From: an uncultured Actinomycetota bacterium
GTDB lineage: Bacteria; Actinomycetota; Actinomycetes; Propionibacteriales; Nocardioidaceae
Reading direction: 5' to 3'
DNA length: 64,000 nt
Assembly (NCBI GenBank): GCA_963803235.1
Contig: CAWDLL010000013.1
Coordinates: 13,722 to 77,721 of the forward strand
Positions 46,728 to 55,939 of the stretch are shown piece by piece. The number at the start of each line of letters is the position of its first letter. Positions within the stretch are counted from its first letter, which is position 1. Under the pieces are notes generated by a model that saw only the letters and a list, made by a program, of their open reading frames with translations, had not been told where the DNA came from and searched no databases. The position numbers and the translations under genes were made by a program.

Positions 46728-46968
46728 TCAGGACGCGTCTCCGTCGGTGGAGTCGGTGGCGTCGCCGTCCGTGCCGTCGGAGTCGGTGCCGTCCGAGTCT
46801 CCGCCGTCCGTGCCGTCGGAGTCGCTCGCGTCGCCGTCGGTGGAGTCGGTGGCGTCGCCGTCCGTGCCGTCGGAGTCGGTGCCGTCGGCGTCACCGCCGC
46901 CGCCACCCACGGGGCCGCTCGCCCGAGGTGGTCATGTCGTCGTCGTTGAGGGGCTCTTCGGGTGTCAT
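46728..46968 (-). CDS. Short Asp-rich repeat peptide (about 80 aa; frameshift near 46915); candidate precursor
   Basis: AGGAGGA RBS; 'MTPEEPLNDDDMTTSG...GGGGG' then D(A/S)DGTDSDGTDGDATDSTDGDAS twice; stop abuts the JmjC GTG. Confidence 0.8.
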
Positions 46969-47084
46969 CGTTCCTCCTGGGTCGGGGCCTGCGGCCAGTC
47001 TTTCGGTGCCGGAGACGCCGGACAAGAGCCCGCCGTTCTCCGTGGTCGCCGTACCCCACGGCGGCGTCTCCACACGCCGAGACG

Positions 47085-48629
47085 TCAGTGCTGCTGCTGG
47101 CTGATGTCGAGGCCCTTCGGCGCGGTCAGGTAGACGACGACGGCCACGACGACCATGACCAGGCCGCCGACCAGGCTGGTGTCGGCGAGGGCCTCGGTGA
47201 AGGCCGCCGCCGCGTGATCGGCGAGCGCCGGCAGCTGGGCCTGGTCGGAGACGGCGACCGCGCCGCCGAGGGAGTTCTCGGCCGCGTCGGCGAGGTCGGG
47301 TGGCAGGCCGGGTGCGGCCGTCGCCAGGTCGAGCTGGTTGCGGTAGACGACGGCGGCGATGCTGCCGAGGATCGCGACCCCGAGCACGGCGCCGATGTCG
47401 TACGCCGTCTCCTCGATCGCCGCCGCGTCTCCCGCCTTCGACGGCGGGGTGCCGGACATGACCATCGCCGAGCCGATGGCGAGCGACCCGGCGCCGACTC
47501 CCGCCATGGCCATGGCGATGGCAGCGGTCGTGTAGGTGAGGTCGCCGGGCACGAGGTAGATGAGGAGCGTGCCGACGCCGGCGATGGCGAGCCCTCCGGC
47601 GAGCACCAGCCGGGCCCCGATCAGCGCGGCCAGGGGCGCGGCCAGGATCGACGCCACCAGCCCGCCGGCGGCGAGCGGCAGCAGGTGGACGCCGGCCTCG
47701 AGGGGCGAGTGGCCCTCGACGAGCTGGAGCCACTGCGCGAGCAGCAGCAGGAGCGCGGCGATGGCGAACATGGCACTGAGGGCGGCGACCACGCCGGCCG
47801 TGAACGGCCGCAGCACGAACAGCCGGACGTCGAGCAGCGGCTCGGGCCGGCGCAGGCAGCGCACGACGAAGACGGTGAGCAGCACCGCGGCGAGCGCCAA
47901 CGCGGCCAACGCCTGGGGATCGCCCAGGTCCTGCTCCTTGGCGAAGTGCTTGATCGACCAGACCAGCGAGACCATGCCCACGATCGACAGCGCCGTGGCC
48001 AGGAAGTCCCAACGGCCGGGGTGCGGCTCGCGGGCCTCGGGGAGGATCAGCGCGCCGGCGACCACGGCGACCGCCATGAACGGGACGTTGACGAGGAACG
48101 CCGCCCGCCAGCTGAACTGCTCGAGCAGGGCGCCGCCGACGATCGGGCCGATGGCGGCGCCGAGCGCGGAGACCGCCGCCCAGACGCCGAGCGCCGTGGC
48201 GCGTTCCGAGGGGTCGGTGAACACCGAGCGGATCAGCGACAGCGTGGTCGGCATGATCATCGCCCCGCCCACGCCGAGCAGCGCCCGGGTGGCGATGACG
48301 TGGCCCGGCTCCTCGGCCAGCAGCACCGCGGCGGACGCGACCGCGAACACCACGAAGCCGGCCAGGAGCATCCGCTTGCGGCCCCAGCGGTCGGCCAGCG
48401 CGCTCATCGAGATCAGCAGGCCGGCGAGGACCAGCGAGTAGATGTCCACGATCCACAGCTGCTCGTTGGCCGTGGGCCGGATGTCGGCCGCGAGCTCGGG
48501 CAGCGCGACGTACAGGATCGTCAGGTCCATGGTGACGACCATCAGGCTGGCCGACAGCACGGCGAGCGAGGCCCACCTGCGGGCCCGCGAGACCGAGACG
48601 GTCGCGGCCGGCGTCTCGCGGATCGTCAT
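47085..48629 (-). CDS. 14-TM DHA2 MFS efflux transporter (QacA/SmvA-like)
   Basis: 'D.TIL.VALP', 'LWIVDIYSL', 'LADRWGRKR', 'FLVNVP'. Confidence 0.92.
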   Translation of the reverse strand: MTIRETPAATVSVSRARRWASLAVLSASLMVVTMDLTILYVALPELAADIRPTANEQLWIVDIYSLVLAGLLISMSALADRWGRKRMLLAGFVVFAVASAAVLLAEEPGHVIATRALLGVGGAMIMPTTLSLIRSVFTDPSERATALGVWAAVSALGAAIGPIVGGALLEQFSWRAAFLVNVPFMAVAVVAGALILPEAREPHPGRWDFLATALSIVGMVSLVWSIKHFAKEQDLGDPQALAALALAAVLLTVFVVRCLRRPEPLLDVRLFVLRPFTAGVVAALSAMFAIAALLLLLAQWLQLVEGHSPLEAGVHLLPLAAGGLVASILAAPLAALIGARLVLAGGLAIAGVGTLLIYLVPGDLTYTTAAIAMAMAGVGAGSLAIGSAMVMSGTPPSKAGDAAAIEETAYDIGAVLGVAILGSIAAVVYRNQLDLATAAPGLPPDLADAAENSLGGAVAVSDQAQLPALADHAAAAFTEALADTSLVGGLVMVVVAVVVYLTAPKGLDISQQQH

Positions 48630-48676
48630 CGGCCGTCTCCTCGGGATCGAGGACTCAATCTATCGAAGGCGTTCCC

Positions 48677-51616
48677 TCAGTCGAGCAGGCCGCGGCGCCG
48701 CGCGATCGCGGCGGCCTCGGTGCGGCCGGAGGCGTCGAGCTTTCCGAGGATGTTGGACACGTGGACGCTGACGGTCTTCGTGCTGATGAAGAGCTGCTTG
48801 CCGATCTCGCCGTTGGACCGGCCCTCCGCGACCAGCGCCAGGATCTCGCGCTCGCGCGGGGTGAGCGTGTCCGACGACGCGTCGCCGCGGGCCGGCGCGG
48901 ACCCGAGCGCGCGCAGGTCGTCGAGCAGCGGCGTGGCGCCCAGCCGGCGGGCGGTCTCCCGGGCCCGGTCGCCGACCTCGCGGGCGCCGGCCGGGTCGCC
49001 GGTGGCGCGCAGGATCCCGGCCAGCACGGCCTGCGCCTTCGCGGTCTCGTGGACGTCGCCGAAGTCCTGGAACATCACGACGGTCTCCTGCCAGACGTCG
49101 ACGAGCACGTCGGCCGGCGGCGCGTCGACGCCGCACAGCCAGCGCATCCGCAGGGTCTCGGCGTCGAGGCGCTGGACCCAGGCGCGACCCTCGGGTCCCC
49201 AGAAGCCGGACGGGTCGGTGTAGCGGTCCAGCACCGTGTGCCCGTCGCGGTAGAGCCGTTCGGCCACCTCGACGTACGCCGGGCGGTCGGCGGCGGACAC
49301 CGACGGGACGGCCCCGGCGATCGCACCCAGCGCCACGGCCGCCAGCCGGATCCGGGCGCTGAACCACGGGTGCCAGATCTGCGACATCTCCTCGACGACG
49401 GCCTCGTAGATCTCGACCACGGCGGCGGGGTCGTTCCGGCGGCCCGCCAGCACCATCTCGTGGCCGGCGGAGGCGATCGCGATCCCGCCCTCCTTGGGCC
49501 AGTAGCGGCGCAGCTCGAGCAGCTCGGCCGCCACGTCGTGGCCGCGGCCGACGTCGACGCCGTACCGCACCGCATCCAGCAGCGCGCGCCAGACCGGCGG
49601 CGCCTGGCCCTGGATCGCGGTCAGGGCGAGGACCCGGTCCCACTCCCCGCGGGTGAGGGCGACCCAGGTGAGCTGCCACCGCGACTCGAAGGCGTACGGC
49701 GCCCACGGGATGCCGGCGGCCTCGCCCCGCGCGATGGCGCTGGTGAACCACTTCTCGGTCTCGTCGAACTCGGCCCAGTCCTGGTAGGAGCGGCCGAGCA
49801 GCCAGCGTCCGCGCAGCTCGGCGTTGAGCGCGCCGGTCTTCTCGGCCTGGGCCACCGCCTCCATCAGCGCCTCCCGGAGCCCCTCCTTCGGGCCGGCCTT
49901 CTTGAGCTGGCTGAGGGTGGTGATCGCGTCGGACGCGAGCTCGTTGAGGTCGAGCCGCTCGGCGAGCTCCAGCGCCTCCACCCCGACGACCTGGGCCTCC
50001 TCGTAGCGGGCCATCGAGGCGAGGATCCGGGCGTGCGTGGCGAGCACCCTGGCCCGCAGGCCGGTGTCCTCGTCGGGCACCAGGGCCACGGCCTGCTCCG
50101 ACACCCCGATCCGGTCCTCGGCGGTCTCGATCAGGATCAGGCAGTTGGCCCGGGCCGACAGCATCCGGGCGCGCGAGGCCGGGCTCGCGTCCTCCGGGAG
50201 CAGGTCGAGCTGCTCCTTGAGCAGCGCGGCCGCGCGGATCGGATGGCCGCTCGCGGTCAGCGCGTCGGCGGCCTTGACCGCGAGCTTCGAGACGTCGACG
50301 TCGGACTCCTGCGCGCGCCTCGGGTCGGCCAGCAGCTCGATCGCCTGCTGGTAGTGGTGCGCCGCCTCGTCCGGGCCGCCGACGGCGGTGGCCTCGTCGC
50401 CGGCCTGGATGCTGGCCGACAGGGCGGTCGTCAGGTCCATCGCGAGCCGGGCGTGCCGGGCCAGCTCGGCGGCGGTGCCGCGGGCGCGGCCCTGGCTGAG
50501 CGCCTCGGCGTACGCCCGGTGCAGCCGCACCCGCTCGCCCGGCAGCAGGTCGTCGTACACCGCCTCGCCGAGCAGGGCGTGCCGGAAGAGGTAGCGCTGC
50601 TCGTGCGCCAGCAGGATGTTCATCTCGACGGCCTGGCGCAGGCCCTCGTCGAGGCAGTCCGGCTTCAGGCCGGACGCCTCGCTCAGCATGTCGTGGGAGA
50701 CCCGGCGGCCGGCGACGCTGGCCGCGCGCACCACCTGGCGGGACTGGTCGTCGAGCCGGTCCAGGCGGACCAGCAGCACGTCCGCGAGCTCGGACGGGAC
50801 CCACCGGCCGGGGCCACTGGCGGCGCCGACGAGCTCCTCGACGAAGAACGCGTTGCCCTCGGCCCGGCTGACGATGCCGGCCACCTCCTCCTCCTCGAGG
50901 GGACCGGGGTGCAGCTCGTGGATGAGGGTGCGGACGTCCGGTGCGGTCAACGGCGGGAGCTGGAGGCGCTCGACGCCGCGGATCCGGGACCACTCCGCCA
51001 CCTGGGAGCGGAGCGGGTGCCGTCGGTGGAGGTCGTCGGAGCGGTACGACGCCACCAGGGCGACCGGCCCGTCGAACGGCCGGGTGAACAGGAAGCTGAG
51101 CATGTCGCGGGTCGACTGGTCGGCCCAGTGGGTGTCCTCGATGACCAGCAGGACCGGGGCCTTCTCTGCGGTGGCCTCGAGCAGGCCGTGCACGGCCTCG
51201 AACAGGTCGGCCCGGTCCAGGGCGGACGCCTCGCCGGCCTCGGCCGACTCGAGCATCCGCCGGCCGGGCTGGAGGCGGGTCAGGGCCGGGTGCACCCCGG
51301 CGACGGTGCCGACGATGTCGGGGAGGTCGATGGCCAGCCGGCCGAGGACCTCGGAGAACGGCAGGTAGGGCAGGGCGCTGTCGCCGAAGTCGAGGCAGTG
51401 GCCGGCGAAGACCTGCCAGCCCTGCTCGACCGCGAGGTCGCGGAGCTCGGTGAGCAGACGGGTCTTGCCGACGCCCGCGTCCCCGGAGAGGAGCACCGCT
51501 CCCGCCGGGGTCTGGTCGGGGTCGGGACGGACGCCGAGCAGCGAAGCAAGCTCCGCCAGCTCGGCGTCCCGACCCACCAGGGTCTGACTCGTATGGCCCG
51601 TCACGGGCCCCATCAT
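48677..51616 (-). CDS. Large ATP-binding LuxR-family (LAL-type) regulator
   Basis: Walker A 'GDAGVGKT', 'IEDTHWAD', 'AEGNAFFVEEL', 'FRHALL', C-terminal HTH 'LTPREREIL..G.SN.EI...LFIS.KTVSVHVSNIL'. Confidence 0.95.
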   Translation of the reverse strand: MMGPVTGHTSQTLVGRDAELAELASLLGVRPDPDQTPAGAVLLSGDAGVGKTRLLTELRDLAVEQGWQVFAGHCLDFGDSALPYLPFSEVLGRLAIDLPDIVGTVAGVHPALTRLQPGRRMLESAEAGEASALDRADLFEAVHGLLEATAEKAPVLLVIEDTHWADQSTRDMLSFLFTRPFDGPVALVASYRSDDLHRRHPLRSQVAEWSRIRGVERLQLPPLTAPDVRTLIHELHPGPLEEEEVAGIVSRAEGNAFFVEELVGAASGPGRWVPSELADVLLVRLDRLDDQSRQVVRAASVAGRRVSHDMLSEASGLKPDCLDEGLRQAVEMNILLAHEQRYLFRHALLGEAVYDDLLPGERVRLHRAYAEALSQGRARGTAAELARHARLAMDLTTALSASIQAGDEATAVGGPDEAAHHYQQAIELLADPRRAQESDVDVSKLAVKAADALTASGHPIRAAALLKEQLDLLPEDASPASRARMLSARANCLILIETAEDRIGVSEQAVALVPDEDTGLRARVLATHARILASMARYEEAQVVGVEALELAERLDLNELASDAITTLSQLKKAGPKEGLREALMEAVAQAEKTGALNAELRGRWLLGRSYQDWAEFDETEKWFTSAIARGEAAGIPWAPYAFESRWQLTWVALTRGEWDRVLALTAIQGQAPPVWRALLDAVRYGVDVGRGHDVAAELLELRRYWPKEGGIAIASAGHEMVLAGRRNDPAAVVEIYEAVVEEMSQIWHPWFSARIRLAAVALGAIAGAVPSVSAADRPAYVEVAERLYRDGHTVLDRYTDPSGFWGPEGRAWVQRLDAETLRMRWLCGVDAPPADVLVDVWQETVVMFQDFGDVHETAKAQAVLAGILRATGDPAGAREVGDRARETARRLGATPLLDDLRALGSAPARGDASSDTLTPREREILALVAEGRSNGEIGKQLFISTKTVSVHVSNILGKLDASGRTEAAAIARRRGLLD

Positions 51617-51646
51617 GTCGCGTTCGTCGACGCGGGCGCCCATCGA

Positions 51647-51784
51647 TTAACGGGTGCTGCTCGCCCCGCCCGAGCGGCGGACTCGGGTCCAGCGCGGCTG
51701 CCGGCGGGCACCGAAGGTGTTCTTGATGCGGGCGGCGCGGTAGTCGATCTCGGCCTGGAACTGGGTGCTGGTGGATTCGTACAT
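51647..51784 (-). CDS. Small basic peptide upstream of the LuxR regulator
   Basis: GAGGAG RBS; 'MYESTSTQFQAEIDYRAARIKNTFGARRQPRW...' 45 aa. Confidence 0.6.
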   Translation of the reverse strand: MYESTSTQFQAEIDYRAARIKNTFGARRQPRWTRVRRSGGASSTR

Positions 51785-51828
51785 CTCGATCTCGCTCCTC
51801 GATCGTCGTTGTCGAGTACGAGATTCGT

Positions 51829-51881
51829 CGTCTGAGGTAGCCGCGCACATCGGGCAAGTGCCCTATCTGCGTCTGAGGTAG
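51829..51881. promoter_or_regulatory. Direct repeat CGTCTGAGGTAG x2 (41-bp period)
   Basis: Copies at 51829-51840 and 51870-51881. Confidence 0.55.
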
Positions 51882-51977
51882 GGCGCGAGGGTCTTAGCCG
51901 GGGCTCGGCCATGGCGCGTGCCGTCGGGGAGGGCCAAGGTGGAGGGGACGGGGTCCGACCGCAGGAAGGAGCTCACG

Positions 51978-52610
51978 ATGTCGGAGAGGAAATTCCGCAT
52001 TCGCTACGCCGACGTGGCTGCCACGCTGGCCCTGATCATGGCCTCGGGAGGGACGGCGTACGCCGCGACCGCGCTACCGAAGAACTCGGTCGGCACCCCG
52101 CAGCTCAAGGCGGAGGCAGTCACCGCCGCGAAGGTCCGCGACCGGGCCGTCAGCGGTCCGAAGCTCAAGCCCGACGCAGTCACGAGCGACAAGGTCGCCG
52201 ACGGCGCGGTCGGCACCGGCCAGCTCGCGGACGGGTCGGTCACCACCGTCAAGATCGGCGCCGGCCAGATCACCGAAGGCCACCTGTTCCCCGGGTCGGT
52301 CGGGTCGGCCGCGGTGGCGGACGAGTCACTGTCGCTGTCCGACCTGATCGGGGGCCAGAACAACCCGCAGACCGCCGGGCTCGGCATGGAGGCCAACAGC
52401 TGTCTGGGCTTCTCGGGACTCCCGGTCCCTGGCGCACAGCAGGGGCAGCTGGTCACCGCAGGGTGGCTCCAAGCCCCACCCCAAGGAGTCGTGATCGCCT
52501 CGACCAGCGTGTCGGGACCCAATGCCGTAGCCCTGAGCGTCTGCAACGTGAGCAGCAGCTCGGTGTCGGTGCCTGGCGGAGCGACCTTCCGCATCGTCAC
52601 CTTCGGCTAG
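51978..52610 (+). CDS. Secreted protein with 10-residue repeats
   Basis: 'VAATLAL..A.GGTAYAA' signal-like segment; repeats such as 'DAVTSDKVAD/GAVGTGQLAD/GSVTTVKIGA'. Confidence 0.75.
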   Translation: MSERKFRIRYADVAATLALIMASGGTAYAATALPKNSVGTPQLKAEAVTAAKVRDRAVSGPKLKPDAVTSDKVADGAVGTGQLADGSVTTVKIGAGQITEGHLFPGSVGSAAVADESLSLSDLIGGQNNPQTAGLGMEANSCLGFSGLPVPGAQQGQLVTAGWLQAPPQGVVIASTSVSGPNAVALSVCNVSSSSVSVPGGATFRIVTFG

Positions 52611-52633
52611 CAAGCGACCCGGGCCCTTCTGGC

Positions 52634-53362
52634 TCAACGCATCCGAGCGAGATCCCGTCGGATGTAGCGCAGGTGCGCCCACTCCTCCTCCAGGATCACG
52701 CGAATGCAGTCACCGACGCTGGGACGCCAGTCACCGCCCCACGGGTCCGCGCGTTCCTCCGCGAGCAGCTCCGCCGTGGCTGTGTCCAGGAAGTCGGTCA
52801 CCAGCCGCTGTCGCTCGGCACGCACCGCGAGGATCTCCGCGTAGACCGGCGGGTCCACGCGGAAGATCGACATGTCGAAGCCCATCTCGCCGGCACCGGT
52901 GAAGATCTGGCCGATCTCGTGGAACGGCTGCTGCATCCGCAGGATCCCGCCGCGGAGCCAGGCGTCGGTCGCCAGGATGAGGTGCCGCAGGGTCTGGGCC
53001 AAGGACCACTCGTCCTCGACGTGGGCGTCCACCAGGTCCGGCGGCGTGCCCGCCACCGTCGCCTCCCACGCGGACTGCACAGCGATCCAGCCCTCGCGCA
53101 GGCCCTCGGGCGTCTGCGCCTTCTGCAGCTCGCGGCCCGGGAACTGCCGGTTGAGCTCGGCATCCACGAGCGGCACCACGTCGACCCCGTTGACGAAGAG
53201 GCTGCCGAAGAACAGGTCGTGGCTGTCGATGTCGAGTCCGCCCACATCGACGCTGCGCATCGTCACACCGCTGACATCGGAGAAGCGCAGGGTGGCGCCC
53301 TTGAAGCTCGCCTTGACGAAGGTCGCGCCTTCGAACTCCTGCGTGTCGGAATAGGTCGTCAT
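52634..53362 (-). CDS. DinB-family protein with N-terminal pentapeptide repeats
   Basis: 'FEGATFVKASFKGATL', 'EWS..QTLRHL..ATD.W', 'EEEWAH'. Confidence 0.85.
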   Translation of the reverse strand: MTTYSDTQEFEGATFVKASFKGATLRFSDVSGVTMRSVDVGGLDIDSHDLFFGSLFVNGVDVVPLVDAELNRQFPGRELQKAQTPEGLREGWIAVQSAWEATVAGTPPDLVDAHVEDEWSLAQTLRHLILATDAWLRGGILRMQQPFHEIGQIFTGAGEMGFDMSIFRVDPPVYAEILAVRAERQRLVTDFLDTATAELLAEERADPWGGDWRPSVGDCIRVILEEEWAHLRYIRRDLARMR

Positions 53363-53401
53363 CGCCCTATCCTCACCGCTGCCGGGGACAGTCGTGCCGG
53401 T

Positions 53402-54559
53402 TCAGACCGGGCGGCCGTCCTTCCACGTCGAGGCGACGAGGGGTACGCCGGGGCGGTAGGCGAGGTGCACGTGCGTGGGGGCGTCCAGCACCACCAGGTC
53501 CGCCCGCCGGCCGGGAACCAGGGCGCCGACGTCGTCGCGCTCCAGCGCCTCGGCGCCTCGGTACGTCGCGGCGTGGACCGCTTCGGCCGGGGTCATGCCC
53601 ATCTCGCGCACCGCGAGGGCGATGCAGAGAGGCACGGAGCTGGTGAAACAGGAGCCCGGGTTGCAGTCGCTGGCGATCGCGACCTTCACGCCGGCGTCGA
53701 TCAGCCGACGGGCATCCGGATAGGGCTGCTTCGTGGAGAACTCGACGCCCGGCAGCAGGGTCGCGATCGTGCCGGAGTCGCGGAGCGCGTCGACGTCGGC
53801 GTCCTCCAGGTAGGTGCAGTGGTCGACGGCTGCGAGTCCGAGCTCGGCGGCCAGCTGGACGCCGGGGCCGGGGCCGAGCTGGTTGGCGTGCAGCCTGCCC
53901 TTGAGCCCGGCGGCCGCCCCGACCTCGAGGATCCGGCGGGCCTGGTCGCCGTCGAAGGCGCCCCGCTCGCAGAACACGTCGATCCAGCGGGCGTGCGGCA
54001 CCGCCGCCTCCAGCATCGGACCGGTCACCAGGTCGACGTACGCCGCGGGGTCGCTGTCGGCGGGCACCACGTGCGCCCCGAGGAAGGTCGTCTCGTCGGT
54101 GAACTGCCGCGCCACCGCGAGGCCGCGCGCCTCGTCGTACACCGTGAGGCCGTAGCCGCTCTTGATCTCGACCGTGGTGGTGCCCTGCCGGCGCATCTCG
54201 GCGACCAGCCGCGCGACGTGGCTGGTCAGCTCCTCGTCGGTGGCCGCGCGGGTGGCCGCGACGGTGGTGCGGATGCCGCCGGCGGCGTAGCTCTCGCCGG
54301 CCATCCGGGCCGCGAACTCCTGCGCGCGGTCCCCGGCGAAGACCAGGTGGCTGTGGCTGTCGACGAAGCCGGGGAGCACGGTCCGGCCACCCAGGTCGAC
54401 GAGCTCGTCGGCGGGCGGAGCCTCCTGCGCGGGGCCGACCCAGCCGACGCGGCCGCCGTCGACGACGAGCGCGGCGCCCTCGACGATGCCGAGCAGGTCG
54501 TCGGCGTAGGGGTCGTTGGTGACCAGCTCGCCGATGTTGGTGAGCACGGTGCTCGTCAC
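53402..54559 (-). CDS. hutI: Imidazolonepropionase
   Basis: '[18 protein letters not shown]', '[13 protein letters not shown]', 'DVFCERGAF', 'HANQL', 'SDCNPGS'. Confidence 0.95.
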   Translation of the reverse strand: MTSTVLTNIGELVTNDPYADDLLGIVEGAALVVDGGRVGWVGPAQEAPPADELVDLGGRTVLPGFVDSHSHLVFAGDRAQEFAARMAGESYAAGGIRTTVAATRAATDEELTSHVARLVAEMRRQGTTTVEIKSGYGLTVYDEARGLAVARQFTDETTFLGAHVVPADSDPAAYVDLVTGPMLEAAVPHARWIDVFCERGAFDGDQARRILEVGAAAGLKGRLHANQLGPGPGVQLAAELGLAAVDHCTYLEDADVDALRDSGTIATLLPGVEFSTKQPYPDARRLIDAGVKVAIASDCNPGSCFTSSVPLCIALAVREMGMTPAEAVHAATYRGAEALERDDVGALVPGRRADLVVLDAPTHVHLAYRPGVPLVASTWKDGRPV

Positions 54560-55939
54560 GACATCCCCTCCCAGACGGCGCCGATGGCGGCGTCGAGCTC
54601 GCGGCCGATCGGCCCGCGGTCACCCTGCCGGAAGACGACCCGGCCGTCGACCATCACCTGCGTGACGTCTTCGGCGGTGGCGGCGAAGACGGCGGTGTTC
54701 TCGTCGGCGCCGGTGCCGGCGGTCCGCGGGCTGGTCGTGTCGACGGTGACCAGGTCGGCTCGCTGACCGACGGCGATCGCGCCCGCGTCCTCGAAGCCGA
54801 GGCTGGCGTGCCCGTCGGTGGTGGCGGCGGCGATCAGCTCGGTCGCCGACCAGTGCCCGCGCTCCTGGGTGGCGAGCCGCTCGTCCAGCTCGACGGCGCG
54901 CATCTCCTCGAACAGGTCGATCACCGCGTGGCTGTCGCTGCCGAGCGTCAGCCGGCTGCCGGCGTCGTGCAGCTGGCGGCTCGGGCCGATGCCGTCGCCG
55001 AGGTCGCGCTCGGTGGTCGGGCAGAAGCAGGCGTGGCTGCGGCTGTCGCCGAGCAGCCGGATGTCGTCGTCGGTGAGATGGGTGGCGTGCACGACGGTGG
55101 TGTCCGGCCCGAGCAGCTCGTGGTCGGCGAGCAGCTCCGTGGGCGTGCGGACGTACTCGGCGACGCACGCCTGGTTCTCGGCGACCTGCTCGGAGAGGTG
55201 GATGTGCAGCGGGGCGTCGTGCTCCCGGGCCCAGGCGCCGACGACGGGCATCTGGTCGGCGCGGCACGGCGCGGACGGAGTGGATCGCCGCGCCGATGAC
55301 CACTCCCGGCCTGTCATTCCGGCGCAATTGCGCGGTTCTGGCAGCCCAGGCCTCCGCGGACCCGTCGGAGTAGCGCAATTGCGTCCCTGTGACAGGTTCG
55401 CCGAACCCGCTCGACAGGTAGCAGGTGTCGAGCAGGCTGATCCGGATCCCGGCCTCGCGGGCGGCCTCGATCAGGGCGTGGCCCATGGCGTTCGGGTCGT
55501 CGTACGGCGTCCCGTCGGGCTGGTGGTGCAGGTAGTGGAACTCCCCGACCGTCGTGATCCCGGCGGCGGCCATCTCCCGGTACGTCGCCCGGGCCAGCGC
55601 GAAGTAGGAGTCGGGGTCGAGCGTGGCCGCGACGTCGTACATCCGGTCCCGCCAGGTCCAGAACGTCCCCCGCTCCCGCTGCGTCCGCCCCCGCAGCGCC
55701 CGGTGGAACGCGTGGCTGTGGCAGTTCGCCAGGCCCGGGAGGGTCAGGCCGGGGAGCCGGTCGGGATCCCCGGCTGACCGGGGATCCGGGACGTTCGTGC
55801 CGGTTGCAACGCCCTCGAACGTCCCGGAACGATCGCGAGGTGTGACGGAAGTGAACACCCCGCGGTCCACCTCCACCAGTACGTCGTCGCGCACGGCGCC
55901 GTCGACCCACGCCCGCTCCAAGAGGTACGTCGCGCTCAC
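54556..55939 (-). CDS. hutF: Formimidoylglutamate deiminase (frameshift near 55265)
   Basis: '[17 protein letters not shown]', 'GEFHYLHH', 'HSVRAV', 'HIHLSEQ..EN', '[11 protein letters not shown]', 'GSDSH'. Confidence 0.92.

Noticed and set aside
46731-46892. Possible CRISPR or non-coding tandem repeat
   Set aside because: No unique spacers and no cas genes; the repeat is codon-periodic and lies in an ORF with an RBS
42422-48629. P450 and DHA2 MFS as members of the peptide/JmjC cluster
   Set aside because: Same strand and close, but separated by an unrelated membrane gene or a gap of about 115 bp; no sequence evidence of linkage without synteny data
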